DNA of 64,000 nucleotides from Octopus vulgaris (Eukaryota). The notes under the pieces were generated by a model. The model made no database searches. It had not been told where the DNA came from and saw only the letters and a list, made by a program, of their open reading frames with translations. The DNA is taken from contig OX597826.1 of assembly GCA_951406725.2 (NCBI GenBank), positions 15,748,001 to 15,812,000 on the forward strand. Reading direction: 5' to 3'. A program made the position numbers and the translations under genes. Shown in pieces: positions 38,442 to 53,411 of this stretch; the first letter of the stretch is position 1; each line of letters opens with the position of its first letter.

Positions 38442-40326
38442 ACTTTATCGACGGAAAGTTCTAGTTAAATTGGCGCATAGAGGAATGTATTGTAAACTGC
38501 ACTGATATATATAATCGACACAACGAGTGCATATATTTGTTTTACATCAAACATGATATGCATTGTTTTGAATCTATAATCCCCAGGTCGATTTAAACAA
38601 AACGAATAATAAGCTAACTTATGGTGAAATATTTTGTAGCTTAAGTGTTTTATGTATTTGCAAAGATAACAGAAAAATACATAATAGATAAGACTTAAAC
38701 AAAAGGTCTGTAACAAATATTATTTGTATTGTTATTTTAGCTATAGTTGATGTGTTTTTTTTCTGAGACATCATCTATTATCAGTCCTAAACTTAATAGT
38801 TATGTACAACTATTTAACGAATGTTAGGAATTTTAATTATTGCTATACATAGTATTATACACATAAATATTAAAAACTATACAACGTGACTTCTCGTTTG
38901 ATCATTTAGCGATTTCTTTCTCAATTGGTTTTCTATTTAATTAAGAGAAAGTTTATTGACAGATCAAAAGAATATAATTAATTCTCTTTGAAAAGAAATC
39001 AATGGTAAAACATTGAAAATTCCAATATTTGGTGCTGCTGACATTGACTGGCTTTTAATTCTCCATTCTATCTAGGTTATGCTAAAGAGTTTTCCAAATC
39101 AATTAACACGATGTGTTTGGCACGCCGGTGAACCCTCTGTACATGATAACACATTTTTTAGTCACATCACAAAATAACTGTGAAAGAGTTTAAAAAGTAA
39201 TGTGGTGTGTCTTTATTTCCATGAGATTTTCAGGTGAAAGAATATGCATACATTTCTGTAATAAGTACTTGGCTGCTACAATGAGATTTTGGCTTACAGT
39301 TATTCAGTCACAAATTAGAATCACACCCCCGCGTGGAACCATTTAAAATATTTACGATAATATTCTATTCACATGCATCAAGAAACATCAGCTTTATTGC
39401 CTTATCACTGTAAATACAAGAAATTTGGAGTGAAGCCGGTAGAGGTAGCATGACCGGTAACGAGCATGTTGTTTGCGATAAGTTGACAAAACACCAGAAA
39501 TAAAATAGGCAGCTTCTCTATATTTAATTGCTTACATAATGTTCGTGGTTGGTTAAGTCAGTTTACAATTACGGCTTTTTATTTGCTTTTCTTTTTTTCT
39601 TTCTGTTTTTCTTTTTTTTTTACCACACATGTTATTAGAACTATTTGCAGTTATTGACTGTTGAAACTTTTCCAAAAATTGTTTATTTGTATTCAAAACC
39701 CAACAGTTGATGACATACTGGCGCCGAGAAATCTCAAAGTTAAGAAAATAGAAAATATTGAATTGTTGACTGAATTCCACTTAAAACACTGATTCCAACC
39801 CCTACTTTAAGCAGTTCAAAATCCCCAAGAGCAACGAAAACAAATGTATGTCTTCAGAACACAAAATACCTTTTGATATTTTGATCATTGCATTTTTCCA
39901 ATTTGATTGAAATAAATTTATCATAGGAAGAGGATTATCACATATGGGCAACCCACAGTTAACCTTCTGCTTGTTATGGAAATTAGGTTAACTAAATGTA
40001 GAATAAGATGTTTGCAACGGAACTTTGCATTTGAACTTCGACCATTGATGTGATATTTTAATGCCTCGTTGATTCTCCAATCAGTTATTTAATGACTGTG
40101 CAAATAACCAATTAAATATGTTTCTATATTACTCTTGTGTACAACAAAAGTCCATTTTTCTGTTTGTGACCATAGAGTATCGTTAATTTCAAGGATGTCT
40201 TTTTCTCGCAAGTTCATAAATTTCTGGTTTCCTATTAAGTTCGCGATAAGTTTAACCTCGTCATTAATGACACAAGGATAAAGCGAAATGCATTTAATCT
40301 ACAATAATACGTTATTGAATATAGAC

Positions 40327-40379
40327 ATCACCATTTATATATTATCACCATTTATATATTATCACCATTTATATATTAT
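40327..40379. repeat. 17-bp minisatellite, three copies
   Basis: ATCACCATTTATATATT is repeated three times. Confidence 0.9.
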
Positions 40380-41619
40380 AGTTACTCGTTGTTACTGATG
40401 ACTGGCAAAACTTAATTACAAGCTTTCAGGATAAAACGAGAAAGAGTTAATTTTCAAGGTACGAGAACCAAAGTCGTGCGAGCGATTAAAAGTTTTCGTT
40501 CTTTATTGTTCTAATGTGCTTATTTTGCCAATTATGAAGTTATAGCATGTATATAAGTTATAGCATGTGTATCATAGCATGTACACTATATGTCATAACG
40601 AATTGTTGCGATGGAATTAGCAATACAGATACAAAAGTAACTGACGACCATATAATCTCGTCCGTTCTTATACGAGATGCTGTGTCAGATGCGTAGCTTC
40701 ATATGTAGAAATAATAAACAATAAATTTATGGTAGACGAGGCACAAAGCATAGTTAATTTTTATACATCAGAGTAGGCATAAATCTATAATGGTTTACGT
40801 GGGGGTTTATTGACAAATTTGTTTCAGATTTGTTGACAATGTTAACAATACAGTATGAAGTATATACGTAATGCATATTCTCAATATTTATTGCATTACG
40901 ATATAGAATTTTAGTATACACATATACACCAACACGCAAGAATTTAGCCCACATACACGTATGTGTTAAATTCACAGGCTATATATATATATATTCATTC
41001 ACACATCCTGGCATACGCATATATGTACATATAATGTATATTTACATATATATATGTATACATATATATATATATATACATATATGTGTGCGTATGTGTC
41101 ATTGGGTGTGTATGCATACATACATATGTGTATGGATGTGCAAATGAATATATATATATATATATAAGCCCATACACACATATAATACAATATAAGCGTA
41201 CATATTAATGTTTAAACAAATATGTGTGTCTATATGCGTGTATACACCCCCTCACACACACAAGCATACATGCATCTATATGTAATCACAGAAATAGTAA
41301 CATTTATATGCAGAGCATAAAATTTACGGGGGCGGCCAGAAATGAATTCCTTTGTTCCTTTCAAACGGATATTCCATTGACTATAGATGCCAAATAATAG
41401 TTACGATAAGACGGATAATCTCTTGGTGACATTCATAATAAGAAAATACTGAATACGAGACAATGCATGATAGCAGCACATACATTACGCTTTCATAGTC
41501 TGTTTCTGGTACATTGTGACTAATCATATAACAATATACATTCTAAATAAACATTTGTTATTTTAAGCACTAATATCTGCTATTCACGGGAAATCTATAT
41601 TACAATATTACATATTAGG

Positions 41620-41657
<38 letters not shown>

Positions 41658-41704
41658 CATATGAAAATACATATATATATATATATATATATATACATAT
41701 GAAA

Positions 41705-41748
<44 letters not shown>

Positions 41749-44168
41749 ATATATGTATATATATATCTATCTATATATATATATATAACATATACATATA
41801 TATATAATATATATATGACATATTTCTCGATTATATGGAGTGTAGTTTTCTGAAATCATATTTTCTTATACATTTTGCGTTGTATAATATAGGATTCCAT
41901 TAAAATTGGTAATTCAGTAATAAATATCAGATTTCCTGGGGAGGTTTACTACCTATCAGAATTCTATTGCTGCCTAATAGAAACCAGCAAATATGCATAC
42001 CTTAATTCCTAAAAGGAATATATAACGTCTTAATTATTTTACCATACGTTTAACCATGCTTTTAAAGAATACTTAATTTAAAGAATACTGATGAAAGAAT
42101 TAAATAATGACTACTTCCTTATTTTACATAAAATGTTCCAAATGTAAATCAATAAACCTTTTCTTATTAGGAAAAGCTACTTCATATTGTAACATGATAT
42201 CACAATTTTAATTGTTAGCACTAATTTCTTTGGTGGTTGAATAACATGGACAAACACGTTTACCAAAACAGGAGAGCAGTCTATTGCAGCTTATCTTTTC
42301 TGCAATTTGCAAAAATATGCTAAACGTCGTATCAGTTGGTAACATATGGCAAGAAACCTCTTATTTTATTTTTTATTAAGCTTACTACTGCACTGTTTGC
42401 AACAATTGGTTATACGATATGCAACTAGTTGTTGTGATAGTTTAGTATTAGTTTATCATAAATCAAGTAGTGAGGGTTAAAATCCTTCTAATTATGACCC
42501 TCCCACCCATTGCCTCATACATATTATCAAATGCGTCTTCCTATTTCTGTAGCACAATACTATGTGATAAGCAGATGGAGAATTGTTCGTTTACTCATTC
42601 TACCTGTTTATGGTTAGGCCGACAAGGATATATGAACTTTATTATATTAGTCTTATCCTACCTTTGTGCCGGTGATTGGTTACTAACTGCCGGCGCATCC
42701 GTGTGACATCTAGTACCATACCCTACACTCTCTATAAAATATTCATCGCCCGTAAGAAAATAGAATGCAAGAACCAAAGAAATAGAATTACTATACAATA
42801 TCCCACGTGCGATTCAGAATTGCAAATCGGTGCAATTCTGATTTAAAAAATAAGAAATGAAATCAGGAAGATAAATGAAAATCACTGACTTCATTATACT
42901 TGCCTTGATGTTTGTCGACTAGTCCTACAGTGCCGGAACTATCATCACCAAACATTATACCCAAATAGAAAGGCCATGAACAGCATATACATTGAATTGA
43001 GTGTTCCTAGAAGATCACTGAAGGAAATTCGGAACAGGTAAAAAAGTATGCTACCAGCGATTTCTCAGTTCGCAACCGCATTTCCCATCCATGAATTCGG
43101 CATCGATAATTTTGTTTTCGGCGAACTCCCTACATTATTTGGAAGAGAACTCAATTCAACAATAATGAAGACATATATTAACCATAAAAGTCGGGAAAGA
43201 CAAAATGGTGTTAAGCGAATAAAGGGTCTCAAAACTTTTTTCAATTCAAACGTCACAGAAATGAATGTAAACGAGAGAAAAAGGGAGAGGGCGGAGAGAG
43301 AGAGAGAGAGCGGGGAGAGAGAGACAAAAGAAGAGGAAGAGAGTGCGACAAGAGTCTGCACATTCTTTTCAAGGTTGCAAATGACACCAATGTTGTCATT
43401 TGCAACTGTACAGACATATTCTTCAGAAATCTACGAAAAAATATATTTTCGTAACTTCAGCGTAAAACGTTATTAACCAATTTAATCCTAGCGGTGCCAT
43501 TCGGCGCCGCAAGAAATTAATATAAATAACAGTTTACAACAACGACGGGAACAGTAATTTCCATGGAACATATATTGAACATGTTGGGAGAGTGAACATG
43601 TGTGGTTGTCAGCTAATTTGAAAAAATTCCTCAGCGGAGATGAATACTCTAAACTAGTGAGTTACTATTTGTTTGCTTATTCAGGGATATAGTCAAAATA
43701 TATTGTATTTTATTAGAATAATATTGAAATACGTCTTTAGATATGCGAACAAATGAAATTAATCCAGAAGATCTCCTGCAGTAACGTTTGCTTTGTTGAA
43801 TTATTTTACGGTGCCATATGCCACCATTAGAAACTACACAGTACAACATGTGCAATTTCCTATATTTTTACTTCTTTTCCCTTGGAACATGGACTTTCAA
43901 CTTTCAACTATAGTTTTCTCTTGCTGTACATGTTATTATTTCTACCAAGGATGTTTTTGCCAGGAAACTGTTAATATGTATGTATACAAGAAAAAAATAT
44001 GTATGTCAAAACACTTTTTTGGCTTCTTATAGATTTTTAATAATTGTTTATATTATATAATATTATATTATGTTATATCATATTCAGAGTATATCACGTA
44101 ATATTGTAATATGAAAAATTAATGGATTTTCAACAGCATCACTCTAATTTGATTTTATATATGTATAT

Positions 44169-44213
<45 letters not shown>

Positions 44214-44640
44214 AATACATACATCATATGTATATACATGCATATATGCATATCACTATATACACATATGTATATGTCTGTGTGTAATTTATATACATTA
44301 TTCAGGTATTTATTTATGTGAGAGGGAAAAGGAAAGAGAGTTTGTATAACTAAATATCTTTTAATAATTTAAGAGTTATGATGTACCTGTAGTTATTCAA
44401 AATCAAACGGATGCTTGAAGCATTTGTATTAATATAAAAGATGAAGTTATATAACAAAAAATAAATTTATTTGTTCTGAATCATATTTATCGAACAAAAT
44501 TGTGCCAGCAGGGTATTCCTCGTGTAATATCTCTGGAGCTGTGGGTGTATTATATTCACACATACCTATAACCCCACCCACCCATACAAACGCACGCACA
44601 TAAATACACACTCAACTATCTATCTATGTGTGTGTATATA

Positions 44641-44677
<37 letters not shown>

Positions 44678-44815
44678 GTATATATGTATGGATATAAACA
44701 TGTCTACACACACAGACATATATACATATATATATAAAATCTACATATACATTTGTATATGTGTATGTATAAATCTGTAATTGACTATATGCATATTACA
44801 TACACATACATACAT

Positions 44816-44887
<72 letters not shown>

Positions 44888-46041
44888 TTGTGTGTGTATG
44901 TGTGTGTGTATATGTGTGTGTGTGTATGTATTTGTGTGGAAATATGGAAACGGAGAAAATAAAGTGCAAGTGAAAGATATGGGGATGTATGTTACTGTGT
45001 CTCGATTTTCTGTTATAAAATACGTAAATAAAATATTAACATTTACGCAACACATCACTACCGCAGTCGGAGCTCTCTAAATAAACATCAATGGAGACAG
45101 GCACACATGCATATTGATGGCTTAGCACATCTCCAGCTAAGCAAAATGCGCATCATCAAACTCAATAAATATCAATGTAAACCACTACATTTTACATCTC
45201 TCAATATGTTCTAAACTTCGGAAACTGCGGATGGATGATAATTGTTTTCTGTTTGAAATATCAGAAGAAATATAACGTTCGGAAAATATAACTTATGTTG
45301 CAGGTTTCATAATAGAAAGATATCGATTTTTTAAAATATCGCCAACAATATCGCGAATACCTTGAAATATTTTGATAAACATTTCTGCATTGCGAAGAAT
45401 TTTAAAGGAAATATAAATTTTCACAAATGCATGATAGAAGCGCAAATGTGTGGGATCCGAAAGCCTTTGGTGGAAATTCTTCAAAAGATGTCTTTCAATT
45501 GCTTTCAAAAAGTGAAATGTGTCGGATGTATTTCTACTTATAAAACATCATCATTACGTTAGATTTTGGGATGCACCACAAATCTTACTGCCTAAAAGGC
45601 AGAAAGATTCATTTCACACACATATTTCATTAAACGCACATACACATTTTATTAATATTTGGTTATTCTTCAGAAGCAAATAATGACATCCATTTACTAC
45701 ATGTGGGTAGCTGAATAGTTCTTTCTTTGTTTCCCACTCAGACGTGTTTTTGCAAGTGGGACACACTTATATTATAAGACTGACTATGGCAATTAGTAAC
45801 TTTCTTTTGGGGAGTCCTCACTTTTCGCTTTTGCCTCCCTTCAGCATCTTCTGGATCCAAACTCCATCTTCCTATAGTAGTCATCAACAGAAATGTTTAT
45901 GAATAAAATCTCCCATGACTCGGGACTGAACTCTCGATTACTCCTATCGCTTAAACTTAATTACTTCTTAAAGTGAAGTTCCGTTAGGTTGAATTTCATC
46001 GAGTACCAGGAAAGCCGATTTAGTGTCATCTTAATATTTGA

Positions 46042-46422
46042 AGGCGCAATGGTCCATTGGTTAGAGCAGTGGACTCCCGGTCTTAGGATCGCGATTTAGA
46101 TTCCCAGACCGGGTGTTGTGAGTGTTTATTGAGCGAAAACACCTAGAGCTCCACTAGGCCGCGGCAGGGAGTGGTGTTGAACCCTGCTGTACTCTTTCAC
46201 CACAACTTTCTCTATCGCTTCCTTCCTGTTTTTGTTGTACCTGTATTACAGAGGCCCAGCCTTGTCACACTCTGCGTCAAGCTGAATCTCCCTGAGAACT
46301 AGGTTAAGGGTACACGTGTCTGTGGAGTGGTCAGGCACTTGCACGTTAATTTAACGAGCAGGCTCTTCCGTTGATCGGATCAACTGGAACACTCGTCCTC
46401 GTAACCGACGGAATGCCAACAA
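46042..46422 (+). mobile_element. tRNA-derived SINE, family C
   Basis: GGCGCAATGGTCCATTGGTTAGAGC is A-box-like, GATTTAGATTCCC is a degenerate B box, and a GC-richer body ends CCAACAA. Confidence 0.7.
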
Positions 46423-46597
46423 TACGTAGACAAGTCACTCAGTCGTCGTTATGCATGTGTTAATTTTTTTCTTGTGCTCGTCTTCTTAAGTATGAATGTA
46501 TGTAAAACTTAGTCACACCAGGTATGCAAATGGGAGCTGCTAATAGGAACCTTTGAACAGTTCTCTAAGGACTTATTACTCTTTCTCTCTCTCTCAC

Positions 46598-46646
<49 letters not shown>

Positions 46647-47244
46647 GATTAGGTATACTATGTAAGTCCTGTAAATGAATACTGGCGCCCCAAGGTTATA
46701 GCCGAGGCAGTAGTTTTATAATATAATTGTTATATATATAATTGTTAATTCAAAATGTTATTGGGACATACCCGAGTACGGGATATTCTGTGATCGGAGA
46801 CAAATAGAGAAAAATAGGGAAAATGAGAATGGTATATATTAATAGGATGACGACATAGAGAAAGGGAGCAAAAGAATAAGGAGATGGAAAGAAAGAAGCA
46901 AAAAAGAAGCATAAAAGTTCATAGTTCAACTTTCCAATGTTATAAAAACCAGAGTGTGAAACCAGAGCATGAGTTCCGCTAGTATAAGTTGGTATAATCA
47001 TTCACGGTAATAATAATTATTGTTGCAATAATAAACCTGATTAGACCCAAAATAGCGCGAAGAGAAACAGCTGTTAGATGAGATAATGACTTATTTGTAA
47101 TCAATCAATAAATGATAATTAATGTTTATCAATTATCAATTTTATCTCCATATTCTTATTTTCCTGATATATATAATTAGCTGCTTCACCAGTATTTTCT
47201 TTTACCTATAGCCAGGACATTATTTTGTGCATCCACACGTGGGC

Positions 47245-47311
<67 letters not shown>

Positions 47312-47331
47312 ATATATATATATATATCCTC

Positions 47332-47495
47332 CAGTGGATGCTGAAAAGTTCCTGAATCAGTTAGTTACGATTTCATTCAATATATTCCCCTCACAAATTC
47401 ACACACTTATTGCTGCGGCACTTTATAACTCGGCCCCTTTCGATTCGGCCCCTTTCGCGATTCCATTTAGTCCAGGAACTATTCAACGGCCCTCG
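47332..47495. mobile_element. mariner-type MITE remnant
   Basis: Imperfect inverted termini GCTGAAAAGTTCCTG and CAGGAACTATTCAACGGCCCTCG|TA. Confidence 0.5.
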
Positions 47496-47540
47496 TACAC
47501 ACACACACACATATATATACACACACATACAAACACACAA

Positions 47541-47574
<34 letters not shown>

Positions 47575-47764
47575 ACAAACAAACACACTACAGTTATAAT
47601 TAACGTTTCGATCTAAATATAAAATATTACAAATTTAAATCGCGTTTAGGTTATATCCCGAGTAGTTTGTTGGCAAAGCACATTCACTATTTACGGCTAC
47701 CTGGTGTCATCTACAGTAATTACACAATCGTCGCTGAATCTATAGATACACGTTAGAAATTCCT

Positions 47765-48004
47765 CACAAGGCGGTTACCTGGCAGAAACGTTAGCACACC
47801 GGTCGACATGCTTAGCGATATTTCGTCTGACGCTACGTTCTAAGTTCAAATTCCGCCGAGGTTGACTTTGCCTTTCATCCTCTCGAGGTCGATTAAATAA
47901 GTACCAGTTACGCACTGTAGTCGATATAATCGACTTAATACCTTTGTCTGTCCTTGTTTTTGTCGCCTCTATGTTTAGCCCCTTGTGGGCAATAAAGAAG
48001 TAAG
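47765..48004 (+). mobile_element. tRNA-derived SINE, family D, with Deu/Nin-like core and TSD
   Basis: B-box-like GTTCAAATTCC, core GCCTTTCATCCT...GGTCGATTAAATAAGTACCAG, tail GCCCCTTGTGGGCAATAAAG, and TSD GTTAGAAATTCCT at 47752-47764 and 48009-48021. Confidence 0.88.
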
Positions 48005-48712
48005 ACATGTTAGAAATTCCTTAGTCCACATTGAGTAGAAACAATTGATACGTACAATAGTACATAATGGAGATTTATATATATATGAATATCAGTAATT
48101 CATAAGAAATAAGATCCGTCAGCGTGTATGGCTCCACCAACTGGCTAGACAGTCATAATGGCCTTAGAGTGAATAATCTATAATACTTTATTTGTGTAAT
48201 TCTCAATTCATTTATTTTCTAGTGATACGATTCATAGTCGAATCCTTGGTTTCGATTCAACTATAATAAATATGAGTTAGATGGCGTTAAAGTTTACAAC
48301 AATTGTTTTGCTAGAAATTTATTACATATACTTACATCTCCTGAAGTGTGATATAAATTTAGGGAGCCATTCCTATTCTCAGCAGCATGTGTTAGTGAAG
48401 TCTTGGAAATCAACGTCAGTCCACCAAAAACAAGTTCAAGAGCGGTAAATCAATTGAGTATCGTCGAGAAGGGGAACAGGTGTGAGAGAGAATACGAATC
48501 TGACTTACGGTCTAACACAAAAATAATCTGGAGAAGCGAGCTTTATAAAGACACATAGACATCAAATGATTTAGGTCCTTAACTTATATCATTTATACGT
48601 AAATAATGATAAGTAATATAAAAATAGGATATGAAAATAATGAAAAAAGAAATCAGCCACCCTAAATCCACATTCAGTCGTTCACATGTAAATAAACATA
48701 TACAGATAAATG

Positions 48713-49338
48713 TGTAGCGTGGCAGTTTCAGCCATTTTGAAATATGACTATAGTGATTACTAATATCTTCACCGTGTGAAAGGCAAGGCAGAAATGATCT
48801 CGTTTGAGGTTACAACCATCTTTGGTCAACTTGTTCTTGTTCTAAACACTAAATTGATTGGCTGACAGGTGACACGAGTGGTCTCTACGTGTTTCGCGCC
48901 ACTGGTTGACATGTGACACGGGGGTCCCTACGTAGTCCGCGCAACTGGTTGACACGTGACGCGAATTGTCTCGACTTATTTCGCGCCATAATTGCGAATA
49001 AGCCAATCAAAACATTCGGTTAAAATTCCATTTTCTGGAGTTCGGTGAGCCAACCAAACAGTATATAAAGCAGGGTTCACAGACACTTATGTCTTGAGTT
49101 CCAGTTCTTCTAAGAACTAACTTAGGCCACCTGCTGCTCAACTTAGAGATATGCGATTGTCTCTGCTACTACCTGTTGCTACGCTAATCTATACAAACAC
49201 TGATAGCCTCTCGAGTAGATTCCAGCACCTTGCCCTATGAACAGTAAACTAAATGCCATTGTTAATTCTATGTTCAGTATCTTTGGGTATGCTTCACGCC
49301 ACCCGAACACACAGACACAAAACATGCTAACGCTTACG
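48713..49338 (+). mobile_element. Possible solo LTR with U3-like tandem repeats, CCAAT and TATA boxes
   Basis: Imperfect inverted termini TGTAGCGT...ACGCTTACG, three ~43-bp repeats at 48863-48992, CCAAT at ~49003 and TATATAAAG at ~49063. Confidence 0.5.
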
Positions 49339-49975
49339 AACTCTTAAAATTTACATGATTGTAAAATATGTAAAATAAATAATATTTATCTACCAACAGA
49401 AGGCTTGTGTCAATTCACTTATGTCCTATTGTCGTTGTATGTATTTTATAGCTTTGAATAATTCGTTAAGAGTAGAACCGCATACGATCGTATTTCCTAC
49501 ACGATACGATCACATATGATCCTATTTCTTATAAATGCATATAAACATGTAATAGTATACACAGACAACATATACCACATGTTTATACAGTCATACTCCG
49601 ATACAGATATACATGTAACATTACAGACCCATATATAGCGCTCAATATAAACGAACTAGAATATTCCTAAATGTGATTTCTAGTACATGTGTAAAAATAT
49701 AAGTGGGGTTCATAACGCTGGCTCAGGTTTGTTTTTTCCAAATTTGGTGTGCTCACTCAATGCAATGCAGAAATAGTATATCTGAAATTTCAGCTTTCTA
49801 GGTGAAGTAGTTTCGTAGTTATGGTCCTTTTAAACTATATTCTCTAGTTTGTTTATCTATGTATATGTATATATGCATATATGTGTGTGTACGTTTGTGT
49901 ATGTAAAGATATAAATACATATGGATGTATATGTGTACATACGTGTGTATATGTCTGTATATGTATATATATATA

Positions 49976-50029
<54 letters not shown>

Positions 50030-50238
50030 TATACTGACTTACATGTGTCTGTATCTTCGTGTGTGTGCATCTAAACGCATTCGTATATACGTGGCCCATG
50101 CATACGTCTATACATTTATATATGAATATCTGTAATTTTTGTGTATGCATATATCTGTAATTGTACGACTGCGTGTGAATCTAGAGTGTGCAAGTGACAT
50201 AGAAGAATGGTGCTGGGAACTGCTGATTGTTGTGTGCT

Positions 50239-50286
<48 letters not shown>

Positions 50287-50289
<3 letters not shown>

Positions 50290-51069
50290 TAGTTTTATTT
50301 TTATTTTTATAGCGTGCTTTCACTTCACTACCGAGCGCAGCTCTGTGTGCCTTGGGTATGTGCTGTGATTTGTTGTGATGCTCTGATGGTTATTGTATGG
50401 AAAGTGTTCTGCGTAGGATGTGTGCAGTGCCTAGCAGTGCAATTTTCTGTATGTTATATGTGTTTGTAAGTCCTGGTGTTTTTGTTATGTATTTGTCTGA
50501 ATATTTTTTTATCATGCCTAATGCACCTACTATGATAGGAATTGTTTCTGTTTTCAGATTCCACATTCTAGTTACCTCTATTTCCAGGTCTTTGTATTTT
50601 GAGAGTTTCTCCATTTCTTTTAGAGACACGTTGTCATCTGCCGGTATTGATACATCAATTAAAAAGCATTTTTTTCCTTCATGATCTCTGACAACTATAT
50701 CTGGTCTGTTGGCTTTAATTTCTCTATCTGTGTGTATCGGCATATCCCAGAGTATGGTTGCTTTCTCGTTTTCTGTGACCTTTTCTGGTATGTGCCTATA
50801 CCATCTTTTTTCTGTTGTTATTCCAAAATGTTGGCATAGCTTCCAATGTATGTAGGTTCCAACTCTGCCATGTCTGTGAATATATTCCTTCTTAGCCAGG
50901 ACTGGGCAGCTAGAGATAATATGATTTATTGTTTCTTGTCCATCTCCACATATTCTGCAGTTACTTGTAATATTTCTTTTCATTACATGTTTTTGGTAAT
51001 TTCTGGTGGGGAGGCTTTGGTCTTGTGCTGCAATTAAAAATCCCTCTGTTTCTGCTTTGAGTCCTGAGC
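50287..51069 (-). mobile_element. 5'-truncated R4/Dong-type non-LTR element (RLE endonuclease domain) inserted in (TAA)n
   Basis: ORF 50390-50983 has a CCHC knuckle (CRICGDGQETINHIISSC), RHGRV, TILWD, NRPDIV...LIDVSIP and EKLSKY. Pure (TTA)n tracts lie on both sides. Confidence 0.93.
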
Positions 51070-51135
<66 letters not shown>

Positions 51136-51599
51136 CAGTATTCTTAGTTATTTTTATTTTATAAGCATTCTTATTCTTATTCTTATTTTAGTATTATCTA
51201 AGAATTCTATTTGTTTACGTTATTATTTATAACCTCTTTATGTATTTGTAAATTAAGTTAAATGGAATGCGTTGTCACTATTCAAAGCATCCAAATCGTT
51301 CGCAGTGTAGTTTGATGCGCGTTTAATATGACCGCTGACACTTTTCTCTCTTTATTATTAGTCTTACTACTTTCTCTTATCTTTGTGTTATACAGCAAAT
51401 CAAATTTATATCTTCTATCACTCTATTTCCTCATCTCCTCGCTACTTGATTAGTTGACAGATCTTGAACGCATACACTTGTTTTTTTATATCTTGCTATT
51501 CATCAATAAAATTTCAGTAGCTGATAAGCGAAGAAATATTTTACTAAGTTCATGTTATGTCTAAAGAACTGAAAACCTATCTAATATGATATAATATTA

Positions 51600-52500
51600 C
51601 CATGCTCTTAGTGTTTAAGATCAGGGATCTTTTGGCCACTACCAGGAATGTTTTTTCCTTGAACAAAAGAAAAAATCATTCTCGATGATCATTCATTCTC
51701 AAAAAAGGCGAGTTTGTCCAACAGAATGCCGACAAATCGATCAGTACCATTTTCAATCATGTTTCTGGATCTGAGTCAAAAACACTAGAGATAAGTTAGA
51801 GAAAAACATCAGCAATAAATTCTATGTTATGATAATCGAACATCTGATGTCTAATAAAACCCGGAAGAACCGGGCGTGTGGCCCGTCAATCCCTCAAAGG
51901 GCTTGCTGAACTGAAGTACCCCGAAGAGCTGCCATGCTCTGGATATTCTCAAATGAGAATTTTGTTCAAGATCAAAAGGTGACCAAGAGGATTGACAGAT
52001 GCATCTGTGATAGACAGACTTAATTTTCAACTGTTACGCACATCAAGAACTCACATTTTTTGAGGTCTCGTGGGTCGTGAAAAATAAGGGCCTAGTCTTG
52101 CCAACTCACTATATCTAGCGAGATCATTGGTTCAATGAAGCAGGCTATATCAAAACAAGGAAATGATTGTCGTCATCTGGTTTGAGAGAATTATTCGAAG
52201 GAGTAGGCATATGTTACAGCAATACTCTGCGCTTGCTCACACAGTCTGTAAATTCCAGGAATGCAGGGGTGAAGATCTTCATGATTATGTTACCTATAAT
52301 ATTTCGAATGAAAGTTCTCCTTATATAAACCACTCTGGACCACAACCTATTAGTGAAAGGACCACAACTGTGCTACTTGCTATCTGTATTGGGGAGGTTA
52401 TGACCAAAAGGAATAAAGATCACCTTATCAACACATTTAGTCCTTTCAGAGTCCCTCTAGTGGCAGCAATCGAGGTCAATGCTGGATATATTCTATACAA
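51600..52500 (+). mobile_element. Highly decayed maT/DD37D-like transposase remnant
   Basis: FSNENFVQDQKVTKRIDR near 51945-52000 parallels FSNEKKFDQDQRVKRRNGR in 269-1467. Boundaries are approximate. Confidence 0.5.
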
Positions 52501-52739
52501 TTTATCCAGTTTTCTCATATATAGTTTTTTTTAGCTTAACTTAAAATATTATTCCCAAATATCCGATACACACACACACATTTATATATATATATATATA
52601 GATCAATAAATGGTGGGGTTGTGTTGACCGCACGTGGAGAAATGATAAGTAAGGAAACATTTTTTTAAAAATGCAGAATGCTCAAATGAAAGAAAATTTT
52701 AATAAAATGAGAAATTGATAAAATATATAAATATATATT

Positions 52740-52780
52740 TATTCAACCGGTTTTCGTCATTGTATGACTTGTCAAGAATA
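52740..52780 (-). ncRNA. Variant minimal type I hammerhead motif (PLE2 pLTR, copy 1)
   Basis: UAUUC-UUGACAA-GUCAU ACA AUGAC-GAAA-ACCGGUU-GAAUA. Confidence 0.65.
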
Positions 52781-53411
52781 TTTATGTTTTAAGAAGTTTT
52801 TTAAAAATTAGAAAGGGGAAAAAAAGAAAATTGCATTGTTTTTTGTAAAAGAATAATGATAAAAATGTACAAAAATTAAAAAATAAGTTCTCCGATACAT
52901 TGTGAGTTCGTTGTGTATCTTGAGTTTTATGGTTGTTTACGAAAAAATTACCTTGAGGTGTTAAGATCCAAAGGGATTAAGAGCATGTGTTGTGTTGTGT
53001 TGTTAAATTCAGCATGTTTGCAGGACAGGAAGTAGTAGTAATTGTGGTCCTGGTTCTTCAGTTCCTGTGTTGTGAGTAAGGGGAGACAACTCTTTTGAGT
53101 TCTTCAATAAAACCCAAATTATAAACTATCATTTTAGCTTCATTTGCATTATCTTTTTTATATAATTGCTTGTTAACTTAACTTTCAGATTTTAACACTT
53201 TATTTATATTATTTTCTAATAATATAAATCTGCATAGACAATTGCATTTCAAATTGTCATATCATTTATAATAAAAATGATAGTAATAACAACAATAGTA
53301 AAAATGATATTTAAAGAATATAAGTTTTAGCTTGAAGTGATGAATGCATGGTATCTTTATATATTTGTGTTAGTCCATCCATGAAGAGTGAGGTAGAGAA
53401 AGGAAGTTTGA

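Noticed and set aside
38051-38464. Poly-Ser protein, and similar poly-YI, poly-N and poly-F ORFs elsewhere
   Set aside because: These are translations of microsatellites.
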